DNA of 63,750 nucleotides, filler included, from Reclinomonas americana ATCC 50394 (Eukaryota): NCBI GenBank assembly GCA_048213135.1. It is 4 parts of 3 records of this genome, joined end to end, with 100 filler letters (N's around TTAATTAATTAA, not from the genome) between each part and the next. Parts side by side here need not be neighbours in the genome. Positions count along the whole stretch, not along the records: positions 1 to 29,072 come from PS015173.1; 3 more parts are not named here. One strand, 5' to 3'. Shown piece by piece: positions 1 to 13,264 of this stretch (position 1 is its first letter; each line of letters starts with the position of its first letter). The notes under the pieces were generated by a model. It saw only the letters and a program-made list of their open reading frames with translations, ran no database searches and was not told where the DNA came from. The position numbers and the translations under genes were made by a program.

Positions 1-32
1 TCTCACTCTGCTCACACGCATTGCTGCTGCAG

Positions 33-1811
33 AGGAGTTTGTGCTGTCGACGGCGGAGGAGGCGCCGGTGTTCCTGCGCATGCGTTACATTCACCAGTAC
101 TACCGCTGTCACTTCTCCAAGTGGCTGTGCGCCAAGTCCATCTTCCGACTGCACAACCAGACCAGCAACATCTGGACGCATGGCATTCCCGCGCTAGTTG
201 GTCTCTTCTACTTTGTGCCGCACGTGTACTCGGATGTGGTGGCGCTGTTGGCGCCTGCGGACCCCGCCATGCAGCAGTATGCGCTGGTGCATGCGCTGGT
301 ACTCGGCGTGTTTGTCGTCTGCAGCACGTCGGCGCTCTTCTTCTCGGCGCTCTTTCACACGTTCAACTCGCACTCGGAGCACACGTATCACAAGCTGAAT
401 CAGCTCGACTGCAACGGCGTCGGCATCATCATGTTTGGCTCCACGTTTCCCTTCCTCTACTACGCCTACTACTGTGCGCCGCTGTTCTCGGCCATTGGCA
501 ACATGACGGTGTTTCTGACGCTGACGACGGTGGTGTTTGCCACGGTGCAACTGCCGTACTTTCGCAATCCGCTGCACAATCCGCAGCGCGCCGGCCTCCT
601 CGGTTCCATGTCGACGTACCTGCTGATCATGGTGCTGGTGCAGTACTTTAGTCTCGATTGGCAGCTGGCCGATCGNNNNNNNNNNNNNNNNNNNNNNNNN
701 NNNNNNNNNNNNNNNNNNNNNNNNNNNNNNNNNNNNNNNNNNNNNNNNNNNNNNNNNNNNNNNNNNNNNNNNNNNNNNNNNNNNNNNNNNNNNNNNNNNN
801 NNNNNNNNNNNNNNNNNNNNNNNNNNNNNNNNNNNNNNNNNNNNNNNNNNNNNNNNNNNNNNNNNNNNNNNNNNNNNNNNNNNNNNNNNNNNNNNNNNNN
901 NNNNNNNNNNNNNNNNNNNNNNNNNNNNNNNNNNNNNNNNNNNNNNNNNNNNNNNNNNNNNNNNNNNNNNNNNNNNNNNNNNNNNNNNNNNNNNNNNNNN
1001 NNNNNNNNNNNNNNNNNNNNNNNNNNNNNNNNNNNNNNNNNNNNNNNNNNNNNNNNNNNNNNNNNNNNNNNNNNNNNNNNNNNNNNNNNNNNNNNNNNNN
1101 NNNNNNNNNNNNNNNNNNNNNNNNNNNNNNNNNNNNNNNNNNNNNNNNNNNNNNNNNNNNNNNNNNNNNNNNNNNNNNNNNNNNNNNNNNNNNNNNNNNN
1201 NNNNNNNNNNNNNNNNNNNNNNNNNNNNNNNNNNNNNNNNNNNNNNNNNNNNNNNNNNNNNNNNNNNNNNNNNNNNNNNNNNNNNNNNNNNNNNNNNNNN
1301 NNNNNNNNNNNNNNNNNNNNNNNNNNNNNNNNNNNNNNNNNNNNNNNNNNNNNNNNNNNNNNNNNNNNNNNNNNNNNNNNNNNNNNNNNNNNNNNNNNNN
1401 NNNNNNNNNNNNNNNNNNNNNNNNNNNNNNNNNNNNNNNNNNNNNNNNNNNNNNNNNNNNNNNNNNNNNNNNNNNCGAGGCGCGCGGTTTGCCCGACGAC
1501 TACAGTTTGCTGCGTGAGCAGGAGGTGCTGATGGACGTGATCAAGGGCGTGATGATTGGCAGTTGCGTGTTCTCTCCCCCACGAGCTCCATTGTTTTTCG
1601 TGGCCTCATCTCTTTTCACCCAGCCATCTCGGGACTCATCTATGCCTCGCGCGTTCCGGAGCGCCTCTTCCCCGGCCGCTTCGATCTGGCCTTCAACTCG
1701 CACAACATTTTCCACGTCCTCTCGGCCTGGTCTGTGTGGGTGCACTACTTTGCACTGCGCGACTACATGCAGTGGCGCTTGAATAGTCCTTGTCCATTCG
1801 CCCCCGAGTGA
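33..1811 (+). CDS. PAQR / adiponectin-receptor (haemolysin III) family membrane protein; spliced, 5' partial, interrupted by a gap
   Basis: Motifs HNQTSNIWTH, SALFHTFNSHS, LDCNG, IYASRVPERLFPGRFD and SHNIFH. Exon starts after CAG at 30-32. Intron 1562-1623 (GTTGCGT..CAG) joins VMIG-T-ISGLIYASR in frame. Stop at 1811. Confidence 0.93.
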
Positions 1812-1862
1812 ATGGAGGAGGATCTCAATTATTCTCCTTGTATATTTTTCTCCACCGCCACG

Positions 1863-4002
1863 TCAGGTGACTCCCACCGCAGCGAGTTCCTCCCGCAGTC
1901 GCGAGAGGTACGTGGGATCGGGGTAGCCGTAGCTTGCCGTGCCGCCTTGCATGTTGGTGCGATGGTGAATGCACCACACCACCTGGTCGTCGCGACCTGT
2001 GGTCACCGACTGGCCCACGGTGAACACCAGGCGTCGGTCGAAGGCTCGTTGCAGCAGCTGTGCACACTCGCGACCCTCGTCGGTGGCCGGAATGTAGGCC
2101 GTGCGCCGCGTGCCGCGATACGGTCGGCCGGGGTGCGGATGCTCGGGACCCTGTCTGCCGTCGGGGAACACGTAGTCGATCACAATGGTGCCGACTCCGG
2201 GGTGGCCGGCGCACGACTGGGAAATCTCGCGCATGTGACACGTGCCGGGCGGCTGCGTGCCCGTCTGCTCGCCATACACACGCGTGCACACCGGACACTT
2301 GACGAACTCTGTGCGTGTGTGTGCGATGCCGACAAAATTGAGAACGCACACTTTCTCTCGCGACTGCCGTCGACCCTCCGCGACTCACCATTCGACGCGA
2401 GCGACTTGCACATGGCCTTCATGCACTCTGCGTGCACGTGAAAATGCGCGGTGCACTCAGCCAGCGACGCCGTCTGATCTCCTCCCTCGAATTCGCACAT
2501 GCACAACGCACAGTCCTTGCAGTCGGCCGGCCGCGACCATGTCGACCAAACCCAGAAGGGCGGCAGATCGCCGGCGATTTCGAGAACGTGACACGGTCCG
2601 TGATTCGAGTCCACCAGCGGCTGAATATCCGGATCGTATCGCAGCTCGTTGTCGACCAGGAACTGAGAAGCGGCCGTGAAAATCAACGACACATAAAAAA
2701 CAATCCTGTACGCCGCACCTGATACACATGTCTTCCCGGCGGCATGTCTACGCGGAGTGAATACACCAGGGGGTCGGAGGCGCTCTGCACCATGTCACCG
2801 GTAAAGAGCGCAACACCTGCATCGTCAAAGAAGACGATCTTGACGTCTGCTTGCGCTCCATAACGCCACACCGCCATCCACTCGGTCAACACCGCCAGTG
2901 CGGCTGCGGTGGCCTCCGGGGCGGCAGCAGTCGCGGTGGTCGTCGTGGTGGTGGACGAGGAGGAGGAAGATCCGCCAGTAGGTGACGCAGTCGACCGCGT
3001 CGAATGGCCCTGCAACGAAAGTCAGGGAAGCAGTTCAAGGGGTTGGCACGATGGAGATCCACACGCAACAGCGCTGCCATTGCTGGTTGGTTGGTGAGTG
3101 GTGCCCTCCGGAGATCTCCTTCGCAGCAGTCGGCAAGTGTTGGTCTCCAGATTGCGCTGCTCCAACTGGCGGACGTCAACCAAGTACCTGAGCCATCAAA
3201 GAGTCAGTGCCTGCACTCACTCTCACACCAGCAAAGAGGAGGAGGCGACACGCACCGATTGCCCGCAAAGTTGCACACCATGCACGACTGCACCACCGTG
3301 CCGCTGTTAAACGCCAGCAGGAGCCACTCGCAGAGCAGCACCGCATCGTCAGAGCACGCGGTCCACTGACCACGGCCCGTCTGGAACTCCCACACGCCGG
3401 GCGGCGCCGTCAGCAGAGGCACTGCAGCGCAGGGGCACACTCACATGAGCACGAGCGTACGCCCACCAGACAAGTCGACAACATTATGCGCACTCACCGA
3501 TAACCTCCACGTCCGGCGCAAACACACACGATGTGCTCTGCAGATCCCACTGCGCGCCATTGGACACATCGACCGCAACATTGGCCGCAAAGTCCACAGA
3601 GAAGGCGACTGGTGACAATAATGCGCCTTGTGTAAGCGCCAGAGGCGGACAGACAAGAAACGCACTGTTGCTGCTCGTACTGCTGCTGTAGCCACTCTGG
3701 GGGGTACTCTCGTCACCGCTCTCTCCCTTATCTCTCTCTCAGCGACTCACGGGGGTGGTTGTCTTGGACTCTCCTCTCACTCTCTTCCCGATGCTCTCCT
3801 CATTCTCTGTCTTCCTCGCCTCACTCTCACCTCCACTCTCCAACACAACCATCACTGGCTGCGCCTGTGGCACTCCCGGGGACGCGTTGCCTAGCTCGGC
3901 AGCCATGAGAGTGCGACAATCGTTATCACTCAGTGCCCGCCACTGCTTTGCTCCTCGACCCCTGCCCCCTCGCTGGCGCATCTCCCACAGCTCCCCGCAC
4001 AT
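1863..4002 (-). CDS. Deltex-type RING E3 ubiquitin ligase (WWE-like, CBM48-like, RING and DTC domains); spliced, start uncertain
   Basis: DTC domain: CPVCTRVYGEQTGTQPPG..GTIVIDYVFPDGRQGPEHPHPGRPYRGTRRTAYIP..AFDRRLVFTVGQSVTTG..IHHRT..YGYPDPTYL. RING CALC..HAEC..CPVC spans the intron near 2309-2388. WWE-like segments WEFQTGRGQWTAC and WEMRQ..QWRAL lie upstream. Confidence 0.88.
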
Positions 4003-4267
4003 GATTGCAGGCATCGATGAAGGAGGCAAGTGCTGCATGCGTGCTGTGCCACTTGGAACGCGACTTGGGGGTGGGTGCACAGGACTTGGGGTACTGGGGT
4101 GCAGACGTCGGGGTAGGGTGCAAATATGGGGTACAGACGTCAAGGTGCAGACGTCGAGGTGCGGTGCATGTCGGAGTCGACCTCGGGGTCGCCATAAGTG
4201 TCGTGTTTGACACCACGCTCAGTTAAATTAAGTCACCCGTCTGTCGGAGAGCTCGAGCTCCAGTGAG

Positions 4268-4426
<159 letters not shown>

Positions 4427-5071
4427 NNNNNNNNNNNNNNNNNNNNNNNNNNNNNNNNNNNNNNNNNNNNNNNNNNNNNNNNNNNNNNNNNNNNNNNNNN
4501 NNNNNNNNNNNNNNNNNNNNNNNNNNNNNNNNNNNNNNNNNNNNNNNNNNNNNNNNNNNNNNNNNNNNNNNNNNNNNNNNNNNNNNNNNNNNNNNNNNNN
4601 NNNNNNNNNNNNNNNNNNNNNNNNNNTAGGAGTGGCAGCGATCAAATACGAACCGAGAAGCTGCACCACACTGCGCGCTGCCTGTAAGACTGGGAGGCCA
4701 GAGTGATTGACGGCCTCCCGTGGCCAGCGTTTGATGTGAGCCGGCACTGATGATGCGAATAAGCGCGCGCGCACACACACACAGTCGCACAAACGTGAGC
4801 AACCAAACCTTTCGCCAGTATGTTGCCGATGGTCAGCGAAAACGCTTCATAGCGATTCTGTGAACAACCGAGACTGCGTGAACATGACCGACTCTTCACC
4901 ATCACCACCAAGACACACGGCGTGTGTCTCATTGTTGCTCTCTGTGTGACCTCGGTATGTGGAACTTGACAACGTATAGACCACTGTGCTGATCGTAGTC
5001 GCTCATACGCCACCGGTAACCGTCTACTGTGTGTATAATAGTGCTCTCTTGGCGACGTACGCCAGAGGAAT

Positions 5072-5894
5072 TTACACCTTGAGGATGCGTGCCAGTGCAT
5101 CCTCGTCGATCCACGCGCCCTCCTGATCGCGATCCAGCAAGTAGAAACCGCGCTGCTCCTGCACCTTCAGGTACGCGAAGCGTGGTACGGATTCGTTAGC
5201 TGCCCGCTCCTTTTGCTTCAGCTGCGACGACACGACGGTGGTGGAGCCGGCCGCAAAGGGCGCCGACACGGCCGACACCGGCACTGCGGTCTCCACAGTG
5301 TTGCGGCCGGCGAAGGAGTAGCAGGTGAACAGTAGCTCCCGAGTGCGCGGTGAGAACGCCAGCTGCGACGATCAGTAGTGAGCGTTGGCACAGAAGCAGG
5401 CGACTCTGCTGTGCACCCGCGTAACCTGTCTCACGTATCGCTTGCCGTACAGCGAGGAAGCATAGGCGGTCGCGATTCCGAGAATGCCAAACGAGGCGAC
5501 GAGAAGACCACGAATCCACACTGGATACAACTCGTGTGTCTTGTCGTCTGCTCACACAGTGCGTCCACAGTGTGTGAGCGAAAAGGGCATCTTGCGCTCT
5601 CTCTCTTTCTTGCACAAACAACAAACCACGCAGATCAAAGGCCGCAAAGGTGCCCACCGCACCCAGGGTGACCACAAAGCCCAGTGATGCATACCCGAGG
5701 AGCCGAGGAACGCGATCCTGTGCGCAGATGAGATGTCAATGCACAGAATGCATCACATCGTCTGTCACACACACTCGTCGACGCACTTGCGGGTTGCGGA
5801 AGAGAATGACTGGGGACGAAGAGGGAGAAGGAGGAGACACACTCGTGGCATTGCTGCTCCATAGTCTCCGCGACAGTGTGCGAATCCACAACAT
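5072..5894 (-). CDS. TMEM223-like mitochondrial inner-membrane protein; spliced
   Basis: Presequence-like start MLWIRTLSRRLWSS. Two TM segments (LLGYASLGFVVTLGAVGTFAAF; GLLVASFGILGIATAYASSLY). KRYVRQ|LAFSPRTRELLFTCYSFAG. C-terminal YLKVQEQRGFYLLD resembles TMEM223 LKVKGRRFYFLLD. Confidence 0.62.
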
Positions 5895-6035
5895 GATCGC
5901 TCGGCAATAAACAAGAAACGAGCAAGTGATGGAGGACAAGTCTCGAAGGTGCACCTATGTACAATGCCCACAGCAAGCAGCTCTGCTAATAGCTATACAC
6001 AACAATGCTGTTGCTTATATGCGGTAATCGGCGGC

Positions 6036-7927
6036 TTATCTGCTGGGAGCGTTCATGGACTCGGTGCCGGTGACCACCGATTGCACGAGATGCTGCTGTT
6101 GCGTCCACAGGTGCTCGCCGCTGAGACGCTTCAGCGTCTGGCGCCACTCTTCGGCGGTCAGTGGGAGCATGGCCAGTACGTCTGCGGCTCGGTCCCTTTG
6201 TTTCAGGAACCCAGAAAACAAACGAGTGAGTGTCAGAAAGCGCAGCCTGCGAAGCACGTCCGTCCGCACGCAACAATCCTTGCCAGTGCACCATGGCTCC
6301 CATGCTGGTGGCGCCAGGCACGCAACGTGCAAACTGCAGGTCGTTGCCTGTTGGTACTGCCACCAGCCGTCCTGCACGGCGCACCCCTCAAGTCAGTGAC
6401 GATCGAGAAGACGATCGTGTTGCGACGGCGCACTCACCAGTCACACCAAACGGCACCGTAGCGTATGCGTGCACTCGGAGTTTGGCTGCCGCATCAAAGA
6501 TTGTCATCCAGTCGCCGTCCACCTGCTGCCACATCTCGGTTGCGGCTTGCGTCTGCCACGCGGTGAAGGGCAGCCGAATGAACCTGTGCATCGAAAAATT
6601 TGTCAGATGGTTGTCGGCCACCGCCTCGCTCCGACAGCATACACGCACCGCAGTCCGTGCGACTCGCCACTCCCGGCAGCCTCCTGCGCGGCCTTGACAC
6701 AGTCCTGCAACGAGAGATAGGCCACGGGCGGATCGCCGGCGCGAGGCGTCGGTCGGATCTCGCCCCGAACAGGCGGCGGCCGCGTGCAAAAGCTGGTGGT
6801 CGTCGACAGGCCGTAGTACTGCAGCACGCCCTCGTTGCGGCGCTCCTCGAGGAAGCGGAATGCATCCGTCAGGTACTCCATGTAACGCTCCCGCCCCAGC
6901 GCCACCGCCAGATGCTCGCACGAGTTGTGCAGGTACGCCGCATCGAGGCAATCCACTCCTGCCAAGCGGTCAAGTCGTGAGCATGCGGCACAGAAGAACG
7001 CCGTCACTGCCACACGCACCAAGGTTATTCATCGCGTCTTCCAGCTGCGCCTCCAGATTCTCTCGCGAAAGCTGATACGGGACCTGGGCGCAGGCGACGA
7101 GTCAGCCGCCGAGTGATTCTCATTTTTACTTCTCCGACTCACCTTGCCGGCCACCGGAGCGGGCGAGTCTTTGGGAGCAAAGCCGACTGCCATCATAGAG
7201 AGAGAAAATGGCGAGTGAGCGACGCACATGCGTGCGAGCGCCAGTGCACCACGCGCAACTCTTGGAGCTGAGGAACAATTCATCGCGACCGGCCAGCCCC
7301 TCATCAAACGCCAGTCGCAGTCCTTCACCCACCGCTCTGCATCGCGACTCAACAAAGGCACACACAACGGAGGAGGCTGAGCAGACACCACTCTCTCTCA
7401 CCGCTGCGTGTCGCGCCCACGAAACGTGTTGGACGAGTCGACGACATTGATTCCACCTGCACTACCTGTCAACTGATGCACCACAGCCAACAAATCGCCC
7501 CCGTCCTTCGCAACTGTGCACCGCCGTGGCCACCGCCAACGCCACCCACTTCTTCGACTCAGGCGTCACCTCGCCCAACGCCGTGGCGATACCTGCCACA
7601 GCCATCAATCAGAAAAACGCAATTAGAAAACGATTCCCTCCCGCGCGCGGCACCAATCGTCGACAATCGCAGCGATCCGGCCTCCGGCATTGTATCTCTC
7701 CAGAAGCCGGCGACCGCGCGCACCCGCGGCTGATGCTGCGCCACAGCACGCACCATGGCCGCGGCATCGATCGACCACCACGAGGCGTGCACAGAAGGCA
7801 CAGGTGGTGGTGTCACCAGTGCCTCCTCCATGGGCGCCAGCATCACCGGTCGACTGAGCACGCCATCGACGAAGCGACGAGTGCCGTGCATCGAGCTGCG
7901 CACGAACGCCGTGCAACACGAGGCCAT
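6036..7927 (-). CDS. Aldo/keto reductase family protein; spliced
   Basis: LSTIG|IATALGE, GGINVVDSSNTFRG, RAVGEGL..RDELFLSSK|IGF, VDCLDAAYLHN, EGVLQYYGLST, HRFIRLPF, LQFARCVPG. Confidence 0.88.
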
Positions 7928-7997
7928 TTTGCGCTCCACACAACGATTGTCGCTGATATCGATCGGAAAATCCACTGTGTGTGTCAGTGTGTGTGTG

Positions 7998-8160
7998 ATG
8001 GAGAGCTACCTTGCTGTGTGGGGCGGTGTGCGACGACGCGATGCGCGCGTTCGATATGCCACTGTGCGCGGATTCAAGGTGTACCTCTTTGCAGAGTACA
8101 AGGTCTCTCTCTCACACACACGCACACACTCTCACACACACACGTTGACTGATGAGCGCG

Positions 8161-8232
<72 letters not shown>

Positions 8233-8881
8233 TGTAGTNNNNNNNNNNNNNNNNNNNNNNNNNNNNNNNNNNNNNNNNNNNNNNNNNNNNNNNNNNNNNN
8301 NNNNNNNNNNNNNNNNNNNNNNNNNNNNNNNNNNNNNNNNNNNNNNNNNNNNNNNNNNNNNNNNNNNNNNNNNNNNNNNNNNNNNNNNNNNNNNNNNNNN
8401 NNNNNNNNNNNNNNNNNNNNNNNNNNNNNNNNNNNNNNNNNNNNNNNNNNNNNNNNNNNNNNNNNNNNNNNNNNNNNNNNNNNNNNNNNNNNNNNNNNNN
8501 NNNNNNNNNNNNNNNNNNNNNNNNNNNNNNNNNNNNNNNNNNNNNNNNNNNNNNNNNNNNNNNNNNNNNNNNNNNNNNNNNNNNNNNNNNNNNNNNNNNN
8601 NNNNNNNNNNNNNNNNNNNNNNNNNNNNNNNNNNNNNNNNNNNNNNNNNNNNNNNNNNNNNNNNNNNNNNNNNNNNNNNNNNNNNNNNNNNNNNNNNNNN
8701 NNNNNNNNNNNNNNNNNNNNNNNNNNNNNNNNNNNNNNNNNNNNNNNNNNNNNNNNNNNNNNNNNNNNNNNNNNNNNNNNNNNNNNNNNNNNNNNNNNNN
8801 NNNNNNNNNNNNNNNNNNNNNNNNNNNNNNNNNNNNNNNNNNNNNNNNNNNNNNNNNNNNNNNNNNNNNNNNNNNNNNNNN

Positions 8882-8961
<80 letters not shown>

Positions 8962-11468
8962 TCTTCTTCTTCTCCCTTCGTCTGCTCCCTTTCCCCCTTC
9001 CCCTTCCCCTTCCCTCCTCCTCCCCTTCCTCCTCCTCCTCCTCCTCCTCCTTCCCCCTTTCCTCCTCCTCCTCCTCCTCCTCCTCCTCCTCCCTCCGCCA
9101 TGCTCACTGTGCTGTTTAGCAATCGTGCGAGCGCCGCGACCCGTGTCGCGTGATGAAAAGCACGGCCGCTGTCGACTGGCGGTCACTCGATACGATCCCG
9201 AGCGGTACACTGCCGAGGAGGCGCTCTCCATGAAGAACCCCATTCTGAAGGAATTCTGTTGCGTCCGCCTTTTTTTTGTTGTTCCCCCCCCCCCCCCCCC
9301 TCCTCTCGCTCACCCCCTGTCGCCGCGCAGCCTCGGTCGACTGCATCTCGGTGTACACTAACAAATTCGTAGAGTTCTCCTTCCCGTGCGGGTGGGATGT
9401 GGAAGACGGTCGGCCCGCTATCAATGCGTGCCTGGTGTCGGTGCCGCTGATGAAGGTGTCGGCCACCTTCTCGTACGGCATCTGCGAGGAGCCGCTCAGT
9501 GTGGACGATTGTGGCCGGGTGCGTTGCGCCGCCGCCTCTGCATTGCCCGCCCTTTGCACTTTTGCGCTCACACCGTGCTTTCGGTGCAGCTGAGTGACAT
9601 GCAGCATGCCATGTTTGCCGAGTGGGTCAAACTTACCGAGGATCGCAAAGTCATCAACGGGCAGGAATACCTCAAAATTGTACGGCAGCGGCCGATTGAC
9701 GGTGCCGACGGGCAGTTTGTGCAAACCATCACGCTGGTCACTGTACATCCGCAAAACAATCGGTACTCCGCTTCGCAACTTCTCCCTTACCCCCGCCCGC
9801 CGCTCTAATGTTATGTTGCAGGCTGATGAACTCCATCACGTTCATGTGCTTCAAGTCGGTGCTGGTCGATTTCAAGGACGCCTTCCGGTTATTCTACGAG
9901 TCAACTCGCTTCCTTGCGTCGCCGCCCGACGCCGACGACTCGGCAGATGGCGCCGCTCCCGATGCCGATGCACAGGATATCGCTCCCGGTTTGGTCACGC
10001 CGCGCCTCGTCACACCGCGCGTCGATCCTCGTACAGGTGCTTTCGCACACTCCACCCCCTCTCTCTCTCCCTCTCTTTCCCTCGGAGTCACCAGCTCACT
10101 GCCGTCGATTGCAGAGAGCGCACGACCGCCGCCGCTGAGCGCGTCAAATCCACCTGCCGAGTCGTCACCACGGCACGCGACCGCGTCGCCCTCGCAGACT
10201 GTGACCGACATGACGGCGGAGGAGCGTGAGCAACTCGAGGCGTTGTTTGTGGCTGGCGGACGCCCGAATGGAGCGGTACGTAATCTCGCACACCGTCGTG
10301 ATGATTTCTTTCTGACGGACTCACGACGTGTGCACCAACAACAGCGCATGGTAATGGATTTTGCTGGTATCTGCCGTGTTCTCGACCTGCCGGCCAGCGA
10401 CGCAGTGTTTGACACATTCCGCGAGTTTTCACATTCGCAAGACCTCTCCACCGGGCAGCCCGTCATGGAAAAGGTCGAGTTCTTTTTGTTTGCCTACCGC
10501 ATGCTGTTTGCCGACGACCCCACAAGCCCCGCCGCCGCCGCCACGCCATCGCGATCCACGTCGACCGTTGCCGCTGCCGCAACTCCCGTCGCCACCGCCG
10601 CCGCTACTGCCTCCAATCATCACAACGACCACTACCACCACCACGACCACCACGACCACCACGATGACGACGACGACGACGACGACGATTCCGATGTGGG
10701 TTTCGAAGACATTCACCAGGAGTCGGCTTCCCCGACCACCGAGTCGCTTGCCTCCCCACCAAAGCATGCCGAACCTCCGCATCGGACGTCCCCATCGCCA
10801 CCGCCGTCACCGGAGCACCATCCGGTGGAACCAGCCGCCGAGCCGGTACCGCCACCGCCGTTGGTGGTCGAGCCGTCGTCACCGCCAAGGCCGCAACTGC
10901 AGCTGTCGGTGGAGGTGACGAACTTGTCGCCGCAGCCGGCAGCGCCAGCCGCTGCGGATGCTGCCACCGCAATGTCCGCCCTGTCACCTCTGTCGCCGCT
11001 TGGTGTGCCCGTGGTGGTGCTCTTCTTCAGGGTGAGTGCGGAGAGAGAAGGGGGAACGCCATTTTTTGCCCTCGCCGCCGTGCTCACTCCCTCTGTCTTC
11101 ACAGGAGGACGATCGCAACACACGCGAGGTGCGCATCTTCCTGGAGGAAATACGATCGACTATCGGGTTCGAGTTGGTGGCCTTTGAGTTGCACGACCCG
11201 ATGGCAGAGCGCTTGGTCGCCGATTTCAACGTCAGGTACGCGACGTCGCTCACCACGCAAGAGCACACACTGAATCACTCACGTGCGCCCTTTTGAACAA
11301 CCAGCGAATGTCCCACGGTGCTGCTGACACGTGACTGGGTCGTACAACGCCAGGTATCTGCGCGCACACGCTGCCCAAAACATGCACTTCGGCGACTAAC
11401 TCGCATCGTCACAGCTGCGACCACCGGTCGATCTCGACGAACTGGGCGAGGCTCTTGTGTCCATGTGA
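7998..11468 (+). CDS. Multidomain protein: N-terminal PH-like, PsbP/Mog1-like, EF-hand-like and C-terminal thioredoxin-like segments; spliced, gap inside
   Basis: MESYLAVWGG..RYATVRGFKVYLF (PH start). YTNKFVEFSFPCGW..INGQEY..ITF..F..FYESTRF (PsbP-like). MDFAGICRVL..MEKVEFFLF (EF-like). PVVVLFF..LVADFNVSECPTVLL (Trx-like). GT-AG introns, e.g. 9258-9330. The join across gap 8239-8881 is assumed. Confidence 0.6.
8160..9095. repeat. Intronic (CT)n/(GT)n/(CCT)n simple repeats around a gap
   Basis: Direct reading. Confidence 0.95.
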
Positions 11469-11582
11469 TTGTACTGCACTGCCGCAGTTAACTACGCGTG
11501 CACAGCACACCAAGACAAAAAATGTACCACTTTTACTTCGCAGCAGCAGCTTGTCCGTTGCGCTCATAACTCTTATCTCAAA

Positions 11583-13224
11583 ATGGGCCGTCGCAAGGTG
11601 AACGGGGGTGCTCCCACTGGGACGCCCACAGTCACAGGCAACGGCAACAAGAAGAGCAGTCGCCCGCGCGGCAGTGGCAGTGGCAGTGGCAGTGGTGGCC
11701 TCGCAGGTGGCACGCGTGCATCCTCTGCTGCCAGTGCCTCCTCTGTCTCGAGTGGCGTGAGTGGCATGGATGCGGCACAGCAAGTGACACTGGCGGTGCT
11801 GCGTCGCGAGGACCCGTGTGTGCGAGACTCGTTGCACATGACTCGACATGCAGTGGTGTACACGTTTGACGAAGCGCGCTCACAGTGGGTGAGTGCATGC
11901 TCTCTCTCGCTCTCTCTCTTTATGTCCCTGTCTTTGGGAGCGGCGCGCGTGTGTGTGAGAGAGAGTGCGTTGGTTCGCGTTGTCTCATGCTCTCTGTGTA
12001 GGCGCGAAAAAGTGTCGAGGGCTCGCTGGTGGTGGTCGCGCGGTCAGTGTGTGCATGTCTGCTGTCCCTTTTTGTGTGGTGCTGGCTCACGCGGTGCGTG
12101 AGCAGGTCGGAGGAGCCGCGACACAGGATTGTGGTTCTCAATCGGCTGTCTCCCGACAACTTGTACGAGGATGTCACCGCCAAGTGTGATGTGGAGGTGA
12201 ACTTGCCGTACATCTTCTTCAGTACGTCACACGGAGAGATCCTCGCGCTCTGGTTCTATGACACTGTCGACTGCCTCGGTATCAGCGACGTGCTACACAA
12301 GTTCAGTGGCGTTCTTCTGTGATCTCTCGGAAGTCGTAGCTGACTCTAGATTGCAGGATCCTACGCAGCCATGCTGCCGTCGGTGCACACGCGACGGCAG
12401 GTGGTAGTAGTACTGGTGGTGGTGGTGTCGGCGGCAGCGGCATCGACAGCGTGTCGGAGAGGTTGGTTCGAGTGCGTTTCGAGACGCGCACACCTGGACA
12501 GCTGATGAGTGAGTCGTCTGCAGCGGTGCCGAGTACGACAATGGTGACGATGCCGATGACGATGGTAGTGATGATGGTAGTGACTACGGAGAAGATGAGA
12601 GCGGGCGCGGTTTCGAGGGACCGTCGGATGTCGACGGCGAGTGTGACGACGATGACGACGACGACGACGACGATGACGACGACGACGATGATGATGGGGG
12701 GACGTATGATGATGAGGGGACGTATGATGGACGTGACGACGACAGCCAACAACCGTCGCACCTTTTGGAGGATATTGCTCAAAGCCTGCGTGATCTTTTG
12801 GCGCTTCCGCGACCGACCACTGCCGCCTCGGTTCCCGCCTCGTTTGCGTCTCCACCAGCGACCGATTTGGGTGGCAGCAGTGCGATTGGCAGTCCTCTGC
12901 CCGCCGGTGTGCCACCAGCCCCATTGCACATCCAGCATTCGGTGCTGCACGCGCACTCGCAGGGACCTGCCTCACCGGTACATGCATTTGCCGAGAATCT
13001 GTTGAGACTCGGAGCTCACGCGCCGGTATGCAAATTCCTCTTCTTCTCTCCTCTTCTGTCTCTCTGTGTGGACTCTAAACCTCGTCTCTGCGCAGCGGTC
13101 ACCAGCTCCTGCTGTTGTACAACCATCGCTACCGACGGCACCTACAAGTGACGAGTCAGCAACACGTCTCCTGTTGCAGTTGCTCACGGCATCCGCTGCC
13201 GGCAGTTCCGTGGCCTCTATAGCT

Positions 13225-13264
<40 letters not shown>

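Noticed and set aside
12451-13005. Met/Thr-rich ORF
   Set aside because: An off-frame reading of the Asp-rich DCP1 linker exon.
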